DNA of 63,986 nt, the filler included, from an uncultured bacterium (GTDB taxonomy: Bacteria > CAYJOG01): NCBI GenBank assembly GCA_964371695.1. It is 14 parts of 14 records of this genome, joined end to end, with 100 filler letters (N's around TTAATTAATTAA, not from the genome) between each part and the next. Parts side by side here need not be neighbours in the genome. Positions count along the whole stretch, not along the records: positions 46,849 to 51,351 come from CAYJOG010000285.1; positions 51,452 to 55,897 come from CAYJOG010000287.1; positions 55,998 to 60,442 come from CAYJOG010000288.1; 11 more parts are not named here. One strand, written 5' to 3'. Every line of letters begins with the position of its first letter. Position 1 is the first letter of the stretch. The notes under the pieces were generated by a model that did not search any database, had not been told where the DNA came from, and saw only the letters and a program-made list of their open reading frames with translations. The translations under genes and the position numbers were made by a program. This document shows positions 48,103 to 56,887 of the stretch, piece after piece.

Positions 48103-49473
48103 ATGGAAACCCCACCCAACCGCAACGTCAGGGGCGTGACCATCGTTATTCACACCCTGCGTTTCGCCCTGGCGGTGGCGGGTGTGGGGGGCGGCGCGCT
48201 TTTGCCGGTGATGTCGGCGGACCTCAAATTTCACCCCTCGGCCTGGGGCGGCATGGTGCTGGTGTTTGGCGCGGCCTTCATGTTGGGCCTGGTGTGGGTG
48301 CGGCGGCTGGCGGGGCGGCTGAGCCACCTCACCCTGCTGCTGATTGCCTCGGCGGGGTTTGGTGTGTCCATGGCCCTGTGGGGTCTGGCCTCCAGCCTGC
48401 TGTGGATTGGCGCGGGCATGGCGCTGTTTGGCCTTTTGGCGGCCTATCACGAAATTGGGGCCAATGCCCTGCTGATGCGCATGAATCCGGGGCGGATCAC
48501 CTCGGCCATGTCCCTGCTGAACGCCACCTATTGCATGGGGGCGCTGCTCACCCCCATGGCGGCGGGCTGGTGGCTGGCCCGTGGAGGCAGTTGGCGGCTG
48601 TTCCCCCTGGGCATCGCCATCACTTTTTTGTTCTGCACCGTGGCGTTGTGGATTTTCAACCGTTCGGCGAAAACCGTCGCACCCGCGCCTGAGACAGCGC
48701 CACCGGTAGGCCCCACTCTTAGAACCTGTTTTAAAAGTCCGTCGTGGACTTTTAAAACCCAACGCCAGCGGGGGCAAAGCCCCCTCGGCGTGGCGAAAAC
48801 CTCAACTTTTTCAAAGTTTCGATCTTCGGATGCGGCCATCCATGACCGCAAGAGCCTGTTCAAATCGCACCCTGTTTCACATGGCGCAATTTCAGAACAG
48901 GCTCTAAGAGGCGGACCCAAACCACCTTTGTTGTTGTGGCTGGGGGTGGTGTTTGTGTTGTATCTGGCCACGGAACAGACGCTGAACAACTGGGCCACCG
49001 TGGTGCTCAAACACAAGTTCACGATGTCCCCCGCCGACGCGGCCCGGCTGCTGTCGGGTTTTTGGGGCCTGATGTGGCTGGGTCGCCTGAGCACCGGCCC
49101 CCTGGCCAAACGTTTTGGCGAGGGCAAGGTGCTGGCCATGGCCGCCGGGGGCAGCATGGCGGCCCAGGTGGTGCTGAGCACCGCGCCCACGCCGCTGCTG
49201 GCGGTGGGGGCGCTGGCGGTGACGGGATTCTTCATGGGGCCGGTGGTGCCGCTGGCTCTGGGTCTGGGGGCAAAAATGGACCCCGAACGGATGGATGAAA
49301 CCAATGGGTTTCTTTTTTTCTGCGGGGCGGTGGGTCTGTTGATTGGTCCACCGGGGGTGGGTCAGGCCACGCGGCTTTTGGGTTTTCCCTCAGCCCTGTA
49401 CATCAGTCTTGGCATCAACCTGCTGCTGCTGGTGGCGGCCCTGGGCGTCAAACGGCAGTTTGAGAAAAAATAA
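48103..49473 (+). CDS. MFS transporter with an in-frame 62-aa MITE insertion in the central loop
   Basis: Two TM bundles; the peptide RTCFK...SEQAL lies between them. Confidence 0.88.
   Translation: METPPNRNVRGVTIVIHTLRFALAVAGVGGGALLPVMSADLKFHPSAWGGMVLVFGAAFMLGLVWVRRLAGRLSHLTLLLIASAGFGVSMALWGLASSLLWIGAGMALFGLLAAYHEIGANALLMRMNPGRITSAMSLLNATYCMGALLTPMAAGWWLARGGSWRLFPLGIAITFLFCTVALWIFNRSAKTVAPAPETAPPVGPTLRTCFKSPSWTFKTQRQRGQSPLGVAKTSTFSKFRSSDAAIHDRKSLFKSHPVSHGAISEQALRGGPKPPLLLWLGVVFVLYLATEQTLNNWATVVLKHKFTMSPADAARLLSGFWGLMWLGRLSTGPLAKRFGEGKVLAMAAGGSMAAQVVLSTAPTPLLAVGALAVTGFFMGPVVPLALGLGAKMDPERMDETNGFLFFCGAVGLLIGPPGVGQATRLLGFPSALYISLGINLLLLVAALGVKRQFEKK
48722..48904 (-). mobile_element. MITE family B, 183 nt, intragenic, reverse orientation
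   Basis: GAACCTGTTTTAAAA...TTCAGAACAGGCTC flanked by TTA/TAA; reverse complement aligns with the 17740 and 44607 copies. Confidence 0.9.
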
Positions 49474-49481
49474 CCGAACCC

Positions 49482-50687
49482 TCACGCACTCTTCGGTTTT
49501 GGTTTGCGTGTTTTTTCGCGGGCCTCGAGCGCCCCCATCACGGTCTGCATGTCCTTGTCGCCCCGGCCGCTCAGGCTCACCAGCACCAGCGCATCTTTTG
49601 AGAACTTGCCCTTCTGCTTCAGCACCCAGGCCAGGGCGTGGCTGCTTTCCAGCGCCGGAATGATGCCCTCCAGCAGGGTGAGCGACTCAAACGCCGAGAG
49701 GGCTTCGTCGTCGGTCACCGCCACATATTTCACACGGCCCGTCTCTTTGAAATACGCGTGCTCTGGCCCCACACCGGGATAATCCAGCCCCGCGCTGATG
49801 GAGTGGGCCTCCTGCACCTGACCGTCTTCGTCTTGCAGCACATAACTCACCGAGCCGTGCAATATGCCCACGCTGCCTTTGGAAAGCGGCGCGGCGTGGC
49901 GTTTGTTCAGGCCCTCTCCGGCGGCCTCCACGCCCACCAGCGCCACGGGTTTGTCTTTGACGAACGCGTGAAAAATGCCCATGGCGTTGCTGCCACCCCC
50001 CACACAAGCCACCACGCTGTGGGGCAGCGCGCCAAACTGCTGTTTCATCTGGCGGCGCGCCTCGTGGCCGATCACCGACTGAAAATCCCGCACCATGCGG
50101 GGGAAGGGGTCTGGCCCCACCACGCTGCCGATGACGTAGTGGGTGTGGTCCACCGTGCTCACCCAGTTGCGCAGGGCCTCGTTGCAGGCGTCCTTGAGCG
50201 TGCGGCTGCCGCTGGTGACACACACCACCTCGGCCCCCAGCAGTTTCATGCGCTCCACGTTGGGGGCTTGGCGGCGGATGTCCTCCTCCCCCATGAACAC
50301 TGCGCAGGGCAGGTCCAAAAGCGCGCAGGCGGTGGCGGTGGCCACGCCGTGCTGGCCCGCGCCGGTTTCGGCGATGATGCGTTTTTTGCCCATGCGTTTG
50401 GCCAGCAGGCACTGGCCGATGGCGTTGTTGATTTTGTGCGCGCCGGTGTGGTTGAGGTCCTCGTCTTTGAGAATCACCCGGCAACCGGCCCTGGCCGAAA
50501 AACGACGGGTTTCATAAAGCGGCGTGGGGCGGCCTACGTAGTGTTTGAGCAGGTCTTCAAACTCGGCCCAGAAGGTTTTGTCTTTCTGGGCCTGCTTCAG
50601 GGCCAGGCGCAGTTCCGCCAGGGCCGGCGAGAGGGTTTCGGGCACAAAAGCGCCGCCGAAGCGGCCAAACGTCAGGTGATCTTCCAT
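49482..50687 (-). CDS. trpB: Tryptophan synthase beta chain
   Basis: [44 protein letters not shown]. Confidence 0.97.
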   Translation of the reverse strand: MEDHLTFGRFGGAFVPETLSPALAELRLALKQAQKDKTFWAEFEDLLKHYVGRPTPLYETRRFSARAGCRVILKDEDLNHTGAHKINNAIGQCLLAKRMGKKRIIAETGAGQHGVATATACALLDLPCAVFMGEEDIRRQAPNVERMKLLGAEVVCVTSGSRTLKDACNEALRNWVSTVDHTHYVIGSVVGPDPFPRMVRDFQSVIGHEARRQMKQQFGALPHSVVACVGGGSNAMGIFHAFVKDKPVALVGVEAAGEGLNKRHAAPLSKGSVGILHGSVSYVLQDEDGQVQEAHSISAGLDYPGVGPEHAYFKETGRVKYVAVTDDEALSAFESLTLLEGIIPALESSHALAWVLKQKGKFSKDALVLVSLSGRGDKDMQTVMGALEAREKTRKPKPKSA

Positions 50688-50853
50688 GGCCGAAGTTTAG
50701 CAGCGGGTTTTTGTGCGGCGTAGCGGGGGATGGCCAACGACTTTTTCAGAAAAATGGCACATCGCTCCCTCTCCCCTTTTATGGGGGGAGGGAACAATCG
50801 GGCTGTTTGGATTCCAAGTCAGCAGGGAGGGGCGTAGCGCCTCGCCCGTTTGT

Positions 50854-51114
50854 TCACGCGCCAAAATTTTCAAACTGGAAATCAAAGGGTTCATCCGGCG
50901 CATGCCCCAGCGTGGCAGCGGCCAGGCGGGTGAGTTCATCGCAGGCTTTGGAAAAACTGTTGCCGTGGGCAGTGAGTTCCAGATGGGGGCACCAGGCCAC
51001 ATATTCTCCGGTGTCGCGGCTGCGGTGCACCAGCACCAGCAGGCCGGTTTCGGTGTGGGTGGGGCGCTCAAAGGTGCTCAGTTTGTGGCGGGGTGAAATG
51101 CGCTGTGTGGTCAT
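50854..51114 (-). CDS. HicB-like small protein
   Basis: GEYVAWCPHLELTAHGNSF..A.DEL pattern; GGGAG RBS. Confidence 0.55.
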   Translation of the reverse strand: MTTQRISPRHKLSTFERPTHTETGLLVLVHRSRDTGEYVAWCPHLELTAHGNSFSKACDELTRLAAATLGHAPDEPFDFQFENFGA

Positions 51115-51191
51115 GAAAAAGCTCCCTGAAAAGAATTGGCAACCACAGTTAAGCGGCCGTGGGGTGGATTTTCAACACCGGCCTCCGAAAT

Positions 51192-51219
51192 AAAAAACCC
51201 GCCCCAAACGGGGCGGGTT
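51192..51219 (-). terminator. Intrinsic terminator
   Basis: AACCCGCCCC-GTTT-GGGGCGGGTT followed by a U-tract on the minus strand. Confidence 0.7.
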
Positions 51220-51257
51220 GCCGAATGCTCTGTGCCGATAATATCCGTTTGTATCCT

Positions 51258-51342
51258 GGAGTAGCGGCGATGTCGCTATCGCCTTTGCTCGGCCAAATGC
51301 CCCAATGGGCATCTGGAAAGACTCCTCGCAAACTATCGCCGT
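51258..51342 (+). repeat. GTAG-REP hairpin carrying the 60-nt cassette (51275..51334)
   Basis: The cassette is the reverse complement of 17805..17864 with one mismatch. Confidence 0.85.
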
Positions 51343-51451
51343 CTTGTGCTCNNNNNNNNNNNNNNNNNNNNNNNNNNNNNNNNNNNNNNNNNNNNTTAAT
51401 TAATTAANNNNNNNNNNNNNNNNNNNNNNNNNNNNNNNNNNNNNNNNNNNN

Positions 51452-51599
51452 TCAAAGAGATGGCTTCTGGCAGGCCTGGATGGCCTGCCCCGAAAACCGG
51501 AGGGTTGAAAATCCGCAGGTTTTCGCGCTCGTGGCTGGAATTTACTTCCGGCCACGGCGGTCGAATAAATCCATGGAGGGATTTATGAGATAAGTTCTA
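51452..51599. mobile_element. MITE family F (truncated at contig start)
   Basis: 3' 50 nt match 23551..23600; CCAKGGANGG hairpins. Confidence 0.7.
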
Positions 51600-51636
51600 A
51601 ACTAAAGGGGTGAAACCTTCTTTCGGCGGCCCGTTC

Positions 51637-52044
51637 ATGGATCTGAAAATCATTGCCGTGGGCATGGCCACGCAGCCGCCCATTCTGTTTCTCATCACCC
51701 GTCTGGTGCACTTCAAGGCCCCCGGCGCGCTGGACGCCATGATTGGTCAGGTGTTGCTGGCGGTGGGTCTGGCGGCGGCGGCGGGGGGTTATTTTCTGCT
51801 GGAGAAAGGTCTGGCCAGGGTGCAGGCCGAATCGGAAACCATCGACACCACCGCCCCGCCCGCCACGGGGCGGCAGCAGCCCCGCACACTGGTCATCGTG
51901 GCGCTGGCCCTGCTGGAGAACCCCGCTGTGTTGGGGCTGGGCATGGCCCTGATGGGGGGCGAGAGCGTTCCCGTGCTGGCGCTTTTTGGCGCGGGGGGCC
52001 TGGGCACACTTTGGGCCGTGATGAGGGTGCTGGCGCTGAAATAG
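51637..52044 (+). CDS. Hypothetical membrane protein
   Basis: Four hydrophobic segments. Confidence 0.65.
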   Translation: MDLKIIAVGMATQPPILFLITRLVHFKAPGALDAMIGQVLLAVGLAAAAGGYFLLEKGLARVQAESETIDTTAPPATGRQQPRTLVIVALALLENPAVLGLGMALMGGESVPVLALFGAGGLGTLWAVMRVLALK

Positions 52045-52071
52045 GCCGCCAGAGGCTTGCGGGGCTTTCCT

Positions 52072-52099
52072 TTGACAGACCCCCCGGCGCTCCTACACT
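52072..52099 (+). promoter_or_regulatory. Sigma70 promoter of topA (leaderless)
   Basis: TTGACA-16 nt-TACACT, 8 nt before the ATG, no SD. Confidence 0.65.
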
Positions 52100-52107
52100 A
52101 CGCGCCT

Positions 52108-54630
52108 ATGGCTTCAAAACTGGTGGTGGTCGAAAGCCCGGCCAAATCCCGCACGCTCAAAAAGTATCTGGGGAGCGGCTTCAAGGTGGTCTCCAGCGTG
52201 GGGCACATCATCGATCTGCCCGCCAAGGACTTTGGTGTGGAGCTGAGTGGTGACTTCAACCTGAGCTTTGAACCCATCAAGGGCAAAGAGAAGGTCATTG
52301 CCGAACTGAAGCGCGAAATGAAGGCCGCCGATGAAATCTATCTGGCCAGCGACCCCGACCGCGAAGGCGAAGCCATCAGTTATCACCTCGCCAGTCTGGC
52401 CCCACGGGGCAAAACCGTGCACCGGGTGTTGTTCAACGCCATCACCAAAGAAGTGGTGCAGCAGGCGGTGCAAAACCCCACCCGCATCGATCAGGACAAA
52501 GTAGAGAGTCAGTTTGCCCGCCGCAGTCTGGACCGCATCATTGGTTACAAAATCAGCCCGCTGCTGAACCGCGCCTTATATAAAGGACTCAGCGCCGGGC
52601 GGGTGCAGAGCGCCGCGCTGCGCATGGTGGTGGACCGCGAAGAGATCATCCGCGCTTTTGTGCCGCAGGAATACTGGAAGCTGCTGGGGCGTTTTCTCAC
52701 CCCCCGTGGCGACACGCTGGAGGCCGAACTGTCTCAGGTGGGGGGCCGCCGGGTAGAGGCCGATAAAGACCCCCTGCGCAGCCAGCAGGAGATGGACAAC
52801 CTGCTGGGGGCCATCACCGGCAAACCGGCCACCGTGGCCCAGGTAGAAAAAACTACCAAAAAACGCCTGCCGCCCAAACCTTTCATCACCAGCACCTTGC
52901 AACAGGCCGCCAGCTCGGAGCTGGGCCTCAGCCCCAAGCGCACCATGGGCCTGGCCCAGGCGCTTTATGAAAACGGCCACATTACTTATATGCGCACCGA
53001 CAGCATTCGCATTGACCCCGCCGCCGCCGCGTCGGCCCAGGGTTATGTGCGCGCCGCCTATGGGGCGGATTATGTCGGCCCCGGTGTGTTCGCCGCCAAA
53101 ACCGGCGGCGCCAAGGCCCAGGACGCCCACGAAGCGGTGCGCCCCACCGACGTGAACACCCGGCCCGGCAGCCTGGGCGACGTGGACGCCGCCGCAGCGA
53201 AACTCTATGACCTCATCTGGCGGCGGTTTGTGGCCAGCCACATGGCCCCCGCCCGCCTGGACCACACCGGCGTGGACATCGCCGTGGGCGAAGCCACCTT
53301 TCGGGCCACCGGCTCGGTGGTGGTTTTCGACGGCTGGTATCGGGTGGAAAAGCCGGACAAGGAAGACAAGCTCCTGCCCGTGGTGAACCAGGGTGAATCC
53401 ATGGACGTGCAGGGCCTTTCTCCCAGCCAGCATTTCACCGAGCCGCCGGGGCGCTACACCGAGGCGGGCCTCATCAAGGCGCTGGAAAAAGAAGGCATTG
53501 GCCGCCCCAGCACCTACGCCAGCATTCTCTCGGTGCTCACCGACCGGGGTTATGTAGAAAAACTGAAAAACGTGCTGGTGCCCACGCAGATTGGCGAAGA
53601 CCTGAACGGCGCCATGAAAACCCATTTTCCACAGGTGGTGGATTTGGGTTTTACGGCGGACATGGAAAAAAAGCTGGACGGCGTGGAAGAAGGCCAGGTG
53701 CGCCGCCCCGAACTGCTGCGGGATTTTTACGCCGATTTTGAAACCACGCTTGTCCGCGCCCAGGCGGGGCTGAAAGACCACAAAAAAGCGCAGGAAGTGG
53801 TGACCGATGTGCCGTGCCCCAAATGCGGCTCGCCGCTGCTGGTGCGGGCCAGCCGGTTTGGCCGGTTTTTGGGATGCAGCAACTGGGCCCCCAAAAGCAA
53901 ACGGGTAGAGGGCAAAAGCTGCGACTTCACCCAACCCCTGCCCAACACCGTGGGGGCCGAAAATCTGGATGAAAACCAGCTCAAGGCCCTGATGGAAAAG
54001 AGCGCCGAAACAGAAACCCTGCTGGGCAATCACCCCGAAACCAGCGAAGAAATCGTGACCAAAGACGGCCCCTATGGCCCCTACGTGCAACTGGGCCAGG
54101 GGGGCGGAAAATACAAACCAAAACGGGTGTCGCTGCCGCCGGGCATGAACCGCATGGACGTGAATTATGACCTGGCCCTGGGCCTGCTGAGCCTGCCCCG
54201 CACACTGGGCCAGGATCCGGCCACGGGCAAGGACATCAAGGCCAACATCGGGCGCTTTGGTCCCTATGTGCAACTGGACAAAACCTTTGCCTCGCTCAAG
54301 GCCGAAGACGATGTGCTGCAAGTTTCGCTGGAACGCGCCCTGACGCTTTTGGGTGACAAAAACAAAAAGGCCACGCCCATCCGCGAGTTGGGGCCGCACC
54401 CCGAAACCGGTGAGCCGGTGGCGGTGTTCGAGGGCCGGTTCGGCCCCTATGTGAAACACCAGTCGCTCAACGCCAGTCTGGTCAAGGGCGCAGACCCCAT
54501 GACCATTTCGATGGAAGAAGCGGTTTCGCTGCTTCAGGTGAAGGCGGCTTCGGGGGGCACGGCGCGCAAGGGCCGCACCGGTCGCGCACCGGCCAAAACC
54601 ACAGGCCGCAAAAAAGCGGCGGCGAAATAA
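52108..54630 (+). CDS. topA: DNA topoisomerase I
   Basis: VVESPAK, DPDREGEAI, SAGRVQS, ITYMRTD, QDAHEA, GIGRPSTY. Confidence 0.97.
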   Translation: MASKLVVVESPAKSRTLKKYLGSGFKVVSSVGHIIDLPAKDFGVELSGDFNLSFEPIKGKEKVIAELKREMKAADEIYLASDPDREGEAISYHLASLAPRGKTVHRVLFNAITKEVVQQAVQNPTRIDQDKVESQFARRSLDRIIGYKISPLLNRALYKGLSAGRVQSAALRMVVDREEIIRAFVPQEYWKLLGRFLTPRGDTLEAELSQVGGRRVEADKDPLRSQQEMDNLLGAITGKPATVAQVEKTTKKRLPPKPFITSTLQQAASSELGLSPKRTMGLAQALYENGHITYMRTDSIRIDPAAAASAQGYVRAAYGADYVGPGVFAAKTGGAKAQDAHEAVRPTDVNTRPGSLGDVDAAAAKLYDLIWRRFVASHMAPARLDHTGVDIAVGEATFRATGSVVVFDGWYRVEKPDKEDKLLPVVNQGESMDVQGLSPSQHFTEPPGRYTEAGLIKALEKEGIGRPSTYASILSVLTDRGYVEKLKNVLVPTQIGEDLNGAMKTHFPQVVDLGFTADMEKKLDGVEEGQVRRPELLRDFYADFETTLVRAQAGLKDHKKAQEVVTDVPCPKCGSPLLVRASRFGRFLGCSNWAPKSKRVEGKSCDFTQPLPNTVGAENLDENQLKALMEKSAETETLLGNHPETSEEIVTKDGPYGPYVQLGQGGGKYKPKRVSLPPGMNRMDVNYDLALGLLSLPRTLGQDPATGKDIKANIGRFGPYVQLDKTFASLKAEDDVLQVSLERALTLLGDKNKKATPIRELGPHPETGEPVAVFEGRFGPYVKHQSLNASLVKGADPMTISMEEAVSLLQVKAASGGTARKGRTGRAPAKTTGRKKAAAK

Positions 54631-54656
54631 CCAGCCGGGTAAGCGGCATGGCTAAT

Positions 54657-54808
54657 TAATCCAATGAACATTCCTGCTACTGGTTCATTTGACTAAAAAT
54701 CGGTGGCGCAGGCATCCTGCCTGCGTTCATGTCAAAGGCAGGCGGGATGCCTGCCCCACCATCTTTCTTATGGCAAATGGACCACTACTCTGAATGTTCA
54801 TTGGTATA
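54657..54808. repeat. Three-layer nested inverted repeat
   Basis: CCAATGAACATTC/GAATGTTCATTGG > TACTGGTTCATTTG/CAAATGGACCACTA > GTGG-REP pair. Confidence 0.75.
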
Positions 54809-54837
54809 AGCAGCGTGGTTTATAATGGCCACCGTTC

Positions 54838-54908
54838 GGCGGCATGGCCAAGTGGTAAGGCAAGGGTCTGCAAAATCCTCATCCCCGGTTCGAATCCGGG
54901 TGCCGCCT
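54838..54908 (+). tRNA. tRNA-Cys(GCA)
   Basis: Acceptor stem GGCGGCA/TGCCGCC, anticodon loop CT-GCA-AA, GGTTCGAATCC, U73; upstream TATAAT. Confidence 0.96.
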
Positions 54909-54936
54909 CCCGAACCCACCGCACTACAATAGGCAC

Positions 54937-55830
54937 ATGTCCATTCAACGCCTTCTGTTGGCCGCAACCCTGGTACTGTTGTCCGGGGCCGCCGCCCACG
55001 GGGCGTTCCTCAGCATCTTCAACGAAGAGCAGCGGGCCGTGAGCCACCTCACACCCCCGCCGGTGCTGGGTGAGGTGGCCGCCACCGGCTTTGGCGACAA
55101 AAAATCACCCGTCACCCTGCGGGTGAACCTGTCCCCCGCCAAGGGGGCGCGACGCGGTGACGTGGCGCGGGTTTTCTGGCAGGTGAACGCGCAGGAGCCC
55201 CTGTTGCTCGAAGAAGGCCGGGGGCTGATGTTTGAGGCCCCCGCGCCGGGCCTGCGCCTGCCGCTGCGGGGGTTTGTGGCCGCCGACACGGTGGACAACA
55301 CCCGCACCGTGCGGCCCCTGTGCTGGCTCAAAGAATCGTACCTGTCCACGAAAACACCAGAGGGCGACTGCTGGGCGGCTCTGGCCAGCGCGCCGGAACT
55401 GGCGGAAAACCTGGGGCTGAACGAACGGGTGCTGAGCCTGCCCAAGGGGGGTTTTGCCAAGGGGGTGGTGCTGGTGGCGCTGTCGTTCAACCGCGCACCG
55501 GAGACCCTGAGCCTGTTCGCCGGTGACCCCACCCGCGACGGGGCCGATTTCACCACCTGGGCCAGCGTGCATTTCACACCCGCCACCGGGGCCTGCGCCG
55601 TGGCCCCGGCCAAGGCGGCGAATCTGGCCAAATCCCTGACCGAAGACACACTGCGCGCCCGTTGCCGACAAGAGAAAAACACCGTCACCTTTCGCCTGAG
55701 TCACCGCCTGTGGGACGGCCACCCCCCCAGCGCCCTGACGGTGGTGGCCCTGGCCCACGAAGGCGGTTTCACCGAAGACACCCAAGTGCTGGACCTGCTG
55801 CCCCCCACGCGCCTGGAAGCGCCGAGGTAA
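54937..55830 (+). CDS. Hypothetical exported protein
   Basis: Signal peptide ending AHG-A; TACAAT 6 nt upstream. Confidence 0.75.
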   Translation: MSIQRLLLAATLVLLSGAAAHGAFLSIFNEEQRAVSHLTPPPVLGEVAATGFGDKKSPVTLRVNLSPAKGARRGDVARVFWQVNAQEPLLLEEGRGLMFEAPAPGLRLPLRGFVAADTVDNTRTVRPLCWLKESYLSTKTPEGDCWAALASAPELAENLGLNERVLSLPKGGFAKGVVLVALSFNRAPETLSLFAGDPTRDGADFTTWASVHFTPATGACAVAPAKAANLAKSLTEDTLRARCRQEKNTVTFRLSHRLWDGHPPSALTVVALAHEGGFTEDTQVLDLLPPTRLEAPR

Positions 55831-55997
55831 GGAAAGTTTGGAGGGTGGAGGCCGGAAGTTGGAGGTGGGAAGGTGGAAAAAGAGGAAAGCTTTGTGCNNN
55901 NNNNNNNNNNNNNNNNNNNNNNNNNNNNNNNNNNNNNNNNNTTAATTAATTAANNNNNNNNNNNNNNNNNNNNNNNNNNNNNNNNNNNNNNNNNNNN

Positions 55998-56051
55998 GAG
56001 CCTGCTTAAAATTAGACCATGTTTCACATGCCCCAATTTTAAAACAGGCTC
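55998..56051 (-). mobile_element. MITE family B terminal hairpin (truncated at contig start)
   Basis: Reverse complement matches 17740..17793; followed by TGA. Confidence 0.8.
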
Positions 56052-56083
56052 TGACAGAAACGGACACCGCGCCTGCTCCACCT

Positions 56084-56887
56084 TTACGAAGAGCTTCTGG
56101 AAGCCACGCCCGGATAAATAATCCGGTTACGGCCGTCGCGTTTGCCCTGCAACAGACGGCTGTCGGCCAGCTCCACCAGGGCCAGGGCGTTGCCCTCCAC
56201 CAGTTCGCTGCTGTGCGCCACCCCCATGGTGATGGTGATGGAAAAACTCTGACCCTTGTGGTGGGTCACGCCAAAACGGTGCTGGCGAATACGCGTCATC
56301 AGGCGGTCCAGCACCACCTTGGCCCCTTTCTGGTCGGTCTGTGTGAGCACCATCAGAAACTCCTCGCCGCCATAACGGCCCACAAAGTCGCTGTCGCGTG
56401 TGCCTTCAATCAGCGCCTGCGACAACCACCCCAACACTTCGTCTCCCACCAGATGCCCCTGGGTGTCGTTGACCTCCTTGAAAAAATCGATGTCCGCCAT
56501 CACCACACAAAAGGGGCGGCTGGTTTCGCGGGGGTCGTGGGCCAGTTCGGTGAGTTTTTGAAGGATATTGCGGTGATTCAGCAAACCCGTGAGGCTGTCG
56601 CGGTTCGCGGTGTCTTCAAACACATCCCGCTGTTTCTCTGTTTTTTTCAGCATCCGCCCGATGAAAAACCCCGCGAGAGAAAGCACCAAGCAGCCGGTGA
56701 AACTTTCGGCGATGAACACCTGCGGATGATTGGCCAGCGCCAGACGCAACCCCGCCCGAAACCCCTCGTTGTGAAACACCGACAGAAAAAACAGCGTCCC
56801 CAGGGGATTCCCCAAACCCAGAAAAAACCCCACCACTGCAAAAATCAGAGGTTGCCGGGGCATATTGCGCAGGAAAGCAGGTTTCAT
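56084..56887 (-). CDS. Membrane-anchored diguanylate cyclase
   Basis: Two TM segments, DSLTGLLN, DIDFFK.VND..GH, RDSD I-site, GRYGGEEF. Confidence 0.92.
   Translation of the reverse strand: MKPAFLRNMPRQPLIFAVVGFFLGLGNPLGTLFFLSVFHNEGFRAGLRLALANHPQVFIAESFTGCLVLSLAGFFIGRMLKKTEKQRDVFEDTANRDSLTGLLNHRNILQKLTELAHDPRETSRPFCVVMADIDFFKEVNDTQGHLVGDEVLGWLSQALIEGTRDSDFVGRYGGEEFLMVLTQTDQKGAKVVLDRLMTRIRQHRFGVTHHKGQSFSITITMGVAHSSELVEGNALALVELADSRLLQGKRDGRNRIIYPGVASRSSS

Noticed and set aside
6428-54459. Long antisense ORFs (e.g. 6428..7957, 9769..11532, 19029..20591, 33632..34954, 52576..54459)
   Set aside because: Shadows of real genes in GC-rich DNA with no recognisable motifs.
54838-55830. Genomic island integrated at tRNA-Cys
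   Set aside because: No integrase, no duplicated tRNA 3' end, and the downstream gene has host-like composition.
55831-55880. Short GGA(A/G)GTT-type heptamer runs (also ~16492, 16915, 30905)
   Set aside because: Too short and degenerate to define as an element from this window.
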